Part shown: positions 57,101 to 64,000 of the stretch, piece after piece
Layout of the letters: the number at the start of each line of letters is the position of its first letter
Position numbering within the stretch: position 1 is the first letter of the stretch
From: a virus
Length of the DNA stretch: 64,000 nucleotides
IMG/VR virus record: IMGVR_UViG_3300032053_000017
Coordinates: 32,001-96,000 of that record
Strand: one strand, 5' to 3'
Notes under the pieces: model-generated
Told to the model about the DNA's origin: nothing
Database searches by the model: none
Seen by the model: the letters and a program-made list of their open reading frames with translations, nothing else
Translations under genes and position numbers: made by a program

Positions 57101-57783
57101 GCGAACAGAACAGAGGCCCGGGCCGACGTCAGATGGGACCGACGACCGAAGAGTTTGACACTCTCGACCAGGGTCAGCACCCGGCCTATGACTTCAGCAG
57201 GCCGACGCAACCTGAGGGTCTGACGAAGGACGCGGGCGCGCCGACCGCCGGGATGCCTGAGGCGGACGTTGCTGTAAACCGTGGGGTAGCGACCGACGAG
57301 GAGCCCGAGGATCCACTGGCTGTAGCAGCGTTCGGTATGGAGCCTGACGAGCCTAGACAGCCTGACCCTGACTCAACGGCGGGGCACGTCGAGGAGAAGG
57401 ACACGGGTGCACGGAACGATCGTTTTGTGCCAGACCCAAGCAGGGTAAGCAACTTGAACAAGGACCCTGCAACGGATGAGCCGGTACACGTCAAGGGGGC
57501 TGGAGCGGGCAGACGTGACCAGTTCAGTGATCAGGGGCCGCCCGGTGTAGTAAACCACCGCCAGCCAATCCAAGAGCGGGAGTATGACAATAGAGGAGCA
57601 TTGGTGCCCCAACTCAATATGGGGGTTGAGGATGCCAAGGCCCTGTTCAAACTGCACGCATCGTTGTGGTCGCGGTATGTCAGCGACAAGCACTTCGGCC
57701 TCGCTGTTGTAGAGCTGGACGACGATGGCGAGCCTGTCCAGATCGTTGATGTCGCGCGGAGGCAGAAACGCCGTGATAAGTAA
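54151..57783 (+). CDS. HK97-type prohead protease with ~1000-aa extension (includes DUF5661-like domain)
   Basis: VAGYAS..IDRE, MIVH..VG, AFSISG, EITIC..VNQDA; GLGVEWEH..DHLKED..YYTKL. Confidence 0.85.
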   Translation: MKISKSVEQDWSSVLQDAVPQGVAAEYGRIQILYKQGGLEEDYELVVAGYASPQIIDREKHLITKEAMQNDLPRFLAHPHYRNAMIVHSNIQVGEVLPRWTNPKTNEEFETKVDDIGLFVVVKLRTDKYRPEICEKVEKDIQAGKLSAFSISGDAPFDSRRHVCHNGTCFWIIDKIIFYEITICEQGVNQDAKFAILSKMAHCTDGVCELPLPSYVTTGAIQNALDKHMEPGMKPHQHGPATHQPFSEPAEGETLQPEPERWPKRGARPRDVFGLPKRGYGREIGKAGGGGAITPETPMQDTEAGKDPTKPDIGEKAGGAATGHGSIPTGSTEQKGEVTVAEDFAQRMWQGMGRPYSFDQFKVGLGVEWEHADILGGDWMKVAAVVLDHLKEDEQYYTKLAQVEKGHGVLGRAVVKTVARKSGFAGGGNTADVGSGWAEEVHDVDTAGKPGGMQTDRTFDEAEEEKREPYEAPGLVGSPTSGPLETKCKHGIVKGGQTWGPPDFEWAGQEDDEKAEKHATNDTHKHGSDGVLPTIPQIKRPKPVKQAGVTYKAAIDPSKTTQFSPQYARDDAAGGEESEEYYLNKGELSPDLMTGRESDRFYQRCPLCATQSIIERALDNRTLYSRMSGEFRGVLRHCLMVLQQGTGGLDYIPGKGWLALADDHAYTGYMRSGYGVPLALAVATIGVSAFDIGDAALVRAATETANRLLDQHPLSKGEYEQLLARVTGWMGKNLGLVIARAKTLSKGYSVGWLGDAQRTLQSVQGSLANVDRKALSDDLNVALGSISDDVEHLVAALGLTEQMKGQVKGVEPAALDVVREVAKDTEHDVDAANEALEAIDPERIEQRGDSEKNELDNPDQTIHPDEVAVMTGAPPGVPTGNANASVIHRGMDTMVERLLGWLPPENTLRQLYSRIFGQEEPIEGPDDIETLIIEWGRANPMPDVGTEQITEDTVPLAKAMMPPGLGTTSKTDENFDLWGAPNRSEQNRGPGRRQMGPTTEEFDTLDQGQHPAYDFSRPTQPEGLTKDAGAPTAGMPEADVAVNRGVATDEEPEDPLAVAAFGMEPDEPRQPDPDSTAGHVEEKDTGARNDRFVPDPSRVSNLNKDPATDEPVHVKGAGAGRRDQFSDQGPPGVVNHRQPIQEREYDNRGALVPQLNMGVEDAKALFKLHASLWSRYVSDKHFGLAVVELDDDGEPVQIVDVARRQKRRDK

Positions 57784-58445
57784 ACCGACCAAGAGTGAAC
57801 GCAGGGAGCAGCGGCGCAAGACTGCCCGCAAGATGGGCGTGAGCGGAAGCGGCGTTAAGCGCGTATACCCAGACGCTGTACAGAAGCGCGCTAAGGAGAC
57901 GAAGGAGTAGCCATGATAATTCAGCAGAGGTCAGTGATGACGTGGGATGAGCTACGCACTCAGCTGGAGCTACTCTTGATCGAGGACGTACACGCAGATG
58001 CGTACGGTCAACCGAACACAAGTGAGCTACGCAAGGCTACACGACACTCCACAGATATCATGCAACTGTTTGAAACGTACCTCGCAGGAAGGAGAAGTTA
58101 GTTTGAACGACACAACGGTACCGGTCAAGCTGACAGAGCAGGATGCGTGGGCGATCCAAAGCTCGGTCAAGCATGACATGACCGTTCGACTTGATAGTAA
58201 GGAGGGGCGGGCTGCAGGACTGACGCTCCGGGAGAAGGTAAACAGTCTTATCGTCGAGTACGCTGAAAAACGAAATGGCGACCCGCGCCCGGAGGGCGTG
58301 GACATCGCGCTGACAGCCGAGGAGCTCTGGTTGATCGACAAGCAGCTACTTCTCACATATGCTGGGGCGCGTGAATTGTTGGTTCGCGTCTTTAAGGCCC
58401 TCATCAAGCTTGAGACAGCCTCGTTGTGGGACGGGGAAAGTTGAT

Positions 58446-59066
58446 ATGCTCGGCAAGGGAATTTGCGGGTCTACCCACGCCTGGTGCAAACTGTGTAGAC
58501 CAGATGTTGTTAAGAAACTGAGCATAATTTTGACAAATAAGACGAAGTCGCCAGAACATACGTCAGCAAATAGGGTAGCTCAGTTAAAGTGTTATAGCAA
58601 CCCGGCACGACGTGCTGTTCATAGCGCATCTATGGCTCGATGGTGGGCTAATGTGACGCCAGAAAAGCGCAGGAATAGACTGACTTCTGCCCAACATGCC
58701 GCTCGACATACCGCTGGCCCGTCGGGCATCGAATGCATTCTCCGCGAACTGCTGCTGCCCGTCCTGCTGCCAGGTCGCCGCATCGTGGCGGAGCACCCCT
58801 GGCACGGCTACTCCATGGACGCCTTCGTGCCCGCGCTGAACCTCTGCATCGAGGCCGACGGCTGGCGGCACCGCAAGGACCCGCGGACCCGGCGGATCGA
58901 TCGTCGCAGAAATAGGCAGATGCGGGCTGCGGGCCTAAGTGTCGTGCGATTTTGGGACCGAGAGCTGGAGGCCTATGCCGTAGGGCAGGACCTTGGCCAA
59001 CGCTTTTGGAAAAAGATTGACCGGGTCATAAGTCTGGAAGAGGTTTCAACCGCCTCTGTTGCGTGA
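58446..59066 (+). CDS. Free-standing Vsr/DUF559-like endonuclease 3
   Basis: KSPEH; MDAFVPALNLCIEADG..D..RN..GLSVVRFW. Confidence 0.75.
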   Translation: MLGKGICGSTHAWCKLCRPDVVKKLSIILTNKTKSPEHTSANRVAQLKCYSNPARRAVHSASMARWWANVTPEKRRNRLTSAQHAARHTAGPSGIECILRELLLPVLLPGRRIVAEHPWHGYSMDAFVPALNLCIEADGWRHRKDPRTRRIDRRRNRQMRAAGLSVVRFWDRELEAYAVGQDLGQRFWKKIDRVISLEEVSTASVA

Positions 59067-59072
59067 TATAGT
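59042..59072 (+). promoter_or_regulatory. Promoter GGTTTC-N19-TATAGT
   Basis: Recurrent motif, extended TG. Confidence 0.6.
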
Positions 59073-59412
59073 AGCATCAGGAGTCCGGGCCCATGCGGCC
59101 CACGGGAGGTAACATGAGCGAAAAGGAGCAGATCGACTACTGCATCCTGTGTGACGGCGTGCAGGGGCCGGACCACGTGCACATCTGTGCCAACTGCGGC
59201 GTAAAGGTCGAACTGGCACAGCTGCTGTCGTTTGGCAACGATGCAGAGCCCAGACGGATATACTGCAGCCTCTTTTGTCACATCACGGCGGAGCCTGACG
59301 GCGCGTACGCGCAGGGAATGACGGCAGAGGCCAAGAACAGGATGATGCGACGCGAGGAGCTGAATTTCAAGATGCGTGAGCTGAAGCGCCAGTGCATCGA
59401 GGAGGGCGTACC

Positions 59413-59982
59413 GTGGATCCACTAAACGAGGGAATCGGCGCAACTGAGGAGCTGGGTCTTGCTACCCGCGTGCACGATCAGATAGGCTGGAGCACGCACT
59501 GGAAGCTCGAGAAGCGTGAGGGTGACGGTGCGACATACCCAGGCGGCATCGAGGCCTTTAAGCGGGATGTTAAGCCCTACGAGGTACTCGAGTTCGATGG
59601 CAACTTGCTGGTGAACATGGGCGGCCACGCCATGTGGGACATCCTGACGGCGACGGGTCCAGTGCACGCCTGTTTCACCAATGCGCTTGCAAACCTGGGT
59701 GTCGGTGACTCGGCTGCGGCTGAGGCGGTCGGCCAGGTTGACCTGCAGGCGGGCCCCAACAAGCTCCGGAAGGCCATGAACGGCGGTTACCCGACGTATA
59801 CCAACATGGTCGTCACCTTCCAGTCCGACTTCACGGGCGCGGAGGCCACGTGGACCTGGGCTGAGGTCGGAACGTTCAACGCTGCCGCTGCGGGCGACAT
59901 GCTGAACCGCAAGGTATCGGCGCTCGGTGTTAAGGGCGCTGGCGCGACCTGGACGCTGACCGAGACCATCACTCTGTCGTAA
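59413..59982 (+). CDS. Virion structural protein (tail/collar-fibre N-terminal-like)
   Basis: NLLVN.G..LGVGD..DL..RKA..VTFQSDF..EA..WAEVG.FN..MLNRKV. Confidence 0.65.
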   Translation: MDPLNEGIGATEELGLATRVHDQIGWSTHWKLEKREGDGATYPGGIEAFKRDVKPYEVLEFDGNLLVNMGGHAMWDILTATGPVHACFTNALANLGVGDSAAAEAVGQVDLQAGPNKLRKAMNGGYPTYTNMVVTFQSDFTGAEATWTWAEVGTFNAAAAGDMLNRKVSALGVKGAGATWTLTETITLS

Positions 59983-60050
59983 GAAACGCCGGCTGGTACG
60001 ACTCGGGGTCACCCGGGCACGACCGGCCTATCGGCGGTTAGGAGGAGCCT

Positions 60051-61298
60051 GTGACGACAGCCTTTAAGGCGGTCAAGGACAGAGCCTTCAGCACTGTCGC
60101 GGCTGGATTGAACAACGTCACTGACCCGGTTGCATTCACTGTAGCCGCTGGCGAGGGGACGCGTTTTCCTGATCCTGCCGCAGACGGTGAGTTCAAGGTC
60201 ACTATCGGCACTGAGATCGTACTTTGCACGGTCCGCGCTGTCGATACTCTGACCGTTTCGCGGGGACAGGACGGTACGACGCCTGCGGTGCATGCCAACG
60301 GCAGCGGCGTAGAGCTGCGAGTCATCGCGTCGTTGTTTGACGACCTCTACACGGCCATCAACGCGGTTGAGGCTGGCTTTGTAAAGATGCCGGGCACACT
60401 AGCAAATGCCCTGCTGCGTATGAGCGGCGTCTATGTTGATGGCGACGAGTTTACCATCGGCACAGACATCTTCAGGATCGACCCGATCGCCACCGACTCG
60501 ACAGATGATACGGGAGGCGGCCTCTGGAACAATGTCACCGACCCATTGACGGTCGCAATGGCGGCGGCCCAATATCCTGTCATCGGAGTAGGTGGCACAG
60601 GCCCGCTGAAACTCGGCGAGCTGGTCTACATCAACACCGAGTACCTGCGGGTCACCGTCATAGCTGGTAACAACGTGACCTTCAGACGCGGCGCGGGTGG
60701 CTCGGCTATCGGGGCTCACGCCAACGGCGTGCATATTATGGTCAGCGCGGCGCGGCCGATCACGCACATCCCGATAGGCGTACAGGCTGACTTCTCTATC
60801 GCAACTGTGACTCCGATCTTTGCCTCTTCGATCAACGAGCCAGCGGGCGCTGCAGGACAGTCGGCAGACGTGACGGCGATGAGTCTTGAAGCCGGCGTCG
60901 TCATGCTGGTTGTGGCTGAGATAGCGGGTATCATGGTGCTCGCGACAACCCAGGTATCGACCAACGGACTGTGGGACAATGCGATAATGCGGCGCGGCGC
61001 GGCGGCTGTCATGAAGCAGGTTTACAGGACCACAGTTGTGCCTGACACCGAAGAGGTTACAGCGGAGAAGATCTATATACCGCTACCATTCGCCCCCTCA
61101 ACCGTACTCGTGCGCGTACTCGTAACAGCAGACGGTAAGGAGCTGGAGACAGCGGCCGCAAACGCTGTACAGAAGTGGGATGGGGCAACCCAGATTATAG
61201 CAGCGGCAGCGCCTGCGCCAGACTACGTGCTGTTGACAGCGGGCACGACTGTCAAATGGACAGGGGCCCACTCGTTGCACATACTAGCGCTGGAATAG
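60051..61298 (+). CDS. Virion structural/tail protein
   Basis: Repeated I.TE..V..RG..G....H.NG unit. Confidence 0.6.
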   Translation: MTTAFKAVKDRAFSTVAAGLNNVTDPVAFTVAAGEGTRFPDPAADGEFKVTIGTEIVLCTVRAVDTLTVSRGQDGTTPAVHANGSGVELRVIASLFDDLYTAINAVEAGFVKMPGTLANALLRMSGVYVDGDEFTIGTDIFRIDPIATDSTDDTGGGLWNNVTDPLTVAMAAAQYPVIGVGGTGPLKLGELVYINTEYLRVTVIAGNNVTFRRGAGGSAIGAHANGVHIMVSAARPITHIPIGVQADFSIATVTPIFASSINEPAGAAGQSADVTAMSLEAGVVMLVVAEIAGIMVLATTQVSTNGLWDNAIMRRGAAAVMKQVYRTTVVPDTEEVTAEKIYIPLPFAPSTVLVRVLVTADGKELETAAANAVQKWDGATQIIAAAAPAPDYVLLTAGTTVKWTGAHSLHILALE

Positions 61299-61310
61299 CA
61301 GGAGCTCGTC

Positions 61311-63335
61311 ATGTGGTCCTCTCAGATACTCCTCGACGAGGAAGAATTTGACAGTGTAGCCGCGGTGGTCCCTATAACCGTGGCTGATACCGTCTTGTTC
61401 ACTGAGACACTCAGCCCATTTTGGAACGTTTTTCGATGGACACGGCTCGGCATCTCGAGCCTGTCTAACCCACTTGGCTACCCCGGCGGGATCCCGATCA
61501 TCGTCAAGAACGAGCCTGGTGCCGCGGGGATCTTTGTCGCCTACCAGGCCGGCAGTAAGGGCGCTGGAGGACTGGTCTACCAGCAGAGCGATGACCGCGC
61601 TGTAACCTGGCTCGGCGAAGTGGTGATTGACGCTGACATCGACAAGCGAGCTGCAGCAGTCATAAACCCCGTCACGTACGACATCCACCTGATCTACTTC
61701 CAGATCGGCGAGCCGACGCTGACCACGGCCTCGAACGTCTGGTACCGTGTTCTAGCGTGGAGCGGCGGCGTGTGGACTATCGGGGTCGAGAAGCAGATCA
61801 TACTCGCTAGCACTACACACGGCTATGCCAACGCATCGCTGGAGGTCAGGGCCGGCTATCTGATGGCCCTGCTTTACGACAGGACGTCAACCACCGTACG
61901 AAACTTGTACTCCGCCAAGGCCGTCGGTACGTGGGATCTAGCTACCAGCGTCAACCTGGACATCGAGCAGATTATGACGCCTAGCGCCGTGGTCCACGTT
62001 GATCTGACGCGGGATGACGTAAATGACGAGTGGTACATCACCACCGAGCAGGGTGGTACGTTCACCATCTGGAGCATATCAGAGACGCTGCGACCGCCGG
62101 GTGAGATAACCCCAGTCAACCTCGCGACGTGGTACGCGGCGACTACTGAGCAGCTCGACACGGTATATAGCCCATCGACTCTTACCGTCGGCATCGTTCA
62201 GGAGAATGGCGGTGTGCTGCAGTTCCGGACGTTTGACCCGTTGACAAGCCTGGTAAGCGCGCCCACAATCATTGAGGCAAGCGGCGCGTTCTGGCCCTGT
62301 ATCGCGGTCGACTCAGCTGGACGGTTCATCATAGCGTATATGAAGACCATGTCGGGCGATAAGCGCAGTCTGGTGGTCGTGCGTTCGGACGACTGGACAG
62401 CGAAGCACGCGATCGCAACAGATAGCGCGGCTGAAGAGTGGGGTGGAACCCACATGGCGCGGATCCACGCCGGTGTCGACGGACTGGTTATCGCGTGGTG
62501 CGACACCGCGGATAATGACGCTGACACCAACTACCGGGTGTTCTGCGGGGTCCTCGATCAGCAGGTGTTTAAGAATGTGGCGGACACGATTCTTGCGACT
62601 GAGTTTATACGCACCTTGCACTCGGCCGCGGATGTAATCGCATTCACTGAGGCGCTGCACGCGTCAGAGCCGAAGAGCGTAGCTGACACGATCCACGCTA
62701 CAGAGGCTTTGGCAACATGGATAAGAGTGGCGGATACGATCCACGCTACCGAGTATAACACGATCAACTATCATGTCGCAGACGCGATCCTATTTACAGA
62801 TGTGTTTCGGCTCAACATCCCCGTTGCTGACACCGGCGTCGTGACCGAGGCTGTTAGCTGGGCGGCACAGATAACTGTCGGCGATACGATCGCCGCCACC
62901 GACGCGGTACAGCGGGTGGCTATGGCTGTAGCAGAAGTGATATCAGCCGATGATGCACTAGGCGCGATAGCCATAGCGCTTGCGGATGCGATCGCGGCTG
63001 GGGACGCGCTTGTCGTCAATATCAACATCGCCGAAACCGCTGCTGCCGCAGATCAATTGACCATTGGTCAGGCAGTCGCGGAGGGTGTTGCTGCAACAGA
63101 GATCATCAACATGATCTACCGGGTTGCTGATAGTATACTGGCAACCGAAGGGCTAACAGCGGGCGCGCTGGCGGTCGAGCAGATCTCCGCGACAGATGCG
63201 ATCTTGCAACTTTCGATCCATGCTGACGACACTGTGACCGCAGTTGAGGGTTTTACTAAGGCGACCGATATTCGTATCAGCGTACGGCTTCACCTGAGCA
63301 AGGGTGTCGCGCGTCTACGCATGGAAGGATGGTAG
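61311..63335 (+). CDS. Tail protein: beta-propeller-like N-terminus + VADTI.ATE repeats
   Basis: BNR-like SDDRAVTW; many 16-20 aa repeats. Confidence 0.6.
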   Translation: MWSSQILLDEEEFDSVAAVVPITVADTVLFTETLSPFWNVFRWTRLGISSLSNPLGYPGGIPIIVKNEPGAAGIFVAYQAGSKGAGGLVYQQSDDRAVTWLGEVVIDADIDKRAAAVINPVTYDIHLIYFQIGEPTLTTASNVWYRVLAWSGGVWTIGVEKQIILASTTHGYANASLEVRAGYLMALLYDRTSTTVRNLYSAKAVGTWDLATSVNLDIEQIMTPSAVVHVDLTRDDVNDEWYITTEQGGTFTIWSISETLRPPGEITPVNLATWYAATTEQLDTVYSPSTLTVGIVQENGGVLQFRTFDPLTSLVSAPTIIEASGAFWPCIAVDSAGRFIIAYMKTMSGDKRSLVVVRSDDWTAKHAIATDSAAEEWGGTHMARIHAGVDGLVIAWCDTADNDADTNYRVFCGVLDQQVFKNVADTILATEFIRTLHSAADVIAFTEALHASEPKSVADTIHATEALATWIRVADTIHATEYNTINYHVADAILFTDVFRLNIPVADTGVVTEAVSWAAQITVGDTIAATDAVQRVAMAVAEVISADDALGAIAIALADAIAAGDALVVNINIAETAAAADQLTIGQAVAEGVAATEIINMIYRVADSILATEGLTAGALAVEQISATDAILQLSIHADDTVTAVEGFTKATDIRISVRLHLSKGVARLRMEGW

Positions 63336-63338
63336 AAG

Positions 63339-63554
63339 ATGAAGCTAAACATCTCATCGAAAAAGATGATACTGGGCCTGGCTGGCCTGACAGTCATCCT
63401 TGGTGAGGCGATCCTGGACTCTATACTGGGCTTGCCACACGCAGACCTGCTGGTCAAAGCGACCGTGACGATGGGCCTCGGCGGTGTTGGTACACAGGGC
63501 GCTATCGACCTGGTCAAGGAGTTTCTTAAAAATGTGGGCGGGCCTCAAAAGTAG
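63339..63554 (+). CDS. Putative holin
   Basis: 71 aa, two TM segments, upstream of lysin. Confidence 0.55.
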   Translation: MKLNISSKKMILGLAGLTVILGEAILDSILGLPHADLLVKATVTMGLGGVGTQGAIDLVKEFLKNVGGPQK

Positions 63555-63747
63555 ACTACTCCGCCGGCTAGGCCGGGACGCTGCTGAGTATACAGAGTCA
63601 ACGGTCGGTAAGATCGTGATCACGTGTGACGGGTGTGGCAAGCCGGTAGATTCTGTTATGAGATCTACGAAGAAACCAGATAAGTGGCTCTGCAACCCAT
63701 GCATAATCAAGGAGCTGGCTGAATACTGGGATCCATAGAGGAACAAA

Positions 63748-64000
63748 GTGCCAGGAGATGACGTAGTAGACCTCAGCGGCTGGGGTGGCGAGCTCAGCGT
63801 TGATATCGTCCGCTGCTGGGCCAGGCAGGGGAAGCGGAAAGCCATCGTCGGCGTCGGGCCGGACGTCGCGCTGGCGCGCAGGCAGATGCTGGCGGTGCTC
63901 GCTGGTGGCCTGCTTCTGGAGGTATACGTCTACCCATACTACGAGATGGACCCAACGAGGTATCTCGACCGCGTGGATGCGGCGACAGCGGGACTGCCGG
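63748..64000 (+). CDS. GH25-like endolysin, N-terminal part (runs off window)
   Basis: VVDLSGWGG..CW..G..AIV..Q..AGGLLLEVYVY. Confidence 0.55.
   Translation, partial: MPGDDVVDLSGWGGELSVDIVRCWARQGKRKAIVGVGPDVALARRQMLAVLAGGLLLEVYVYPYYEMDPTRYLDRVDAATAGLP

Noticed and set aside
1-64000. Alternative genetic code, introns or inteins in core genes, retron/DGR
   Set aside because: Genes read through in the standard code, no suppressor tRNA, TerL and portal appear uninterrupted, and no reverse transcriptase was seen

Overview
The window is a 64-kb piece of a large, GC-rich tailed-phage (Caudoviricetes-type) genome, and essentially all credible genes are on the + strand. From left to right it contains: (1) a nucleotide/DNA-modification cluster (P-loop kinase, C5-methyltransferase, dNMP kinase-UDG fusion, thymidylate-synthase homologue with the dCMP-type Asp, deoxyribosyltransferase) and a Cas4-like nuclease; (2) packaging/head genes (TerL, Zn-finger-containing portal, MuF) with two GroES homologues, RuvC and a metallophosphoesterase; (3) an RNA island with 26 tRNAs, 3 aberrant tRNA-like RNAs, several structured ncRNA candidates and 2 HNH genes; (4) accessory genes (peptide deformylase, RtcB, an LPxAG surface protein, many small ORFs); (5) a collagen fibre module; (6) a 16-kb block of giant modular proteins ending in the prohead protease; (7) tail proteins, a holin and the start of a GH25-like endolysin. 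The best candidate for a new system is block 6. There, effector domains (4 ADP-ribosyltransferase-like, HNH, HD, Cys-protease-like, GNAT, HipA/PI3K-like kinase, zincin) are almost all preceded by a hydrophobic-x-Lys site and one of three short recurring tag peptides. This suggests protease-matured, virion-packaged effector polyproteins. No major capsid gene is recognisable in the window. All family assignments come from motif recognition by eye, not database searches.
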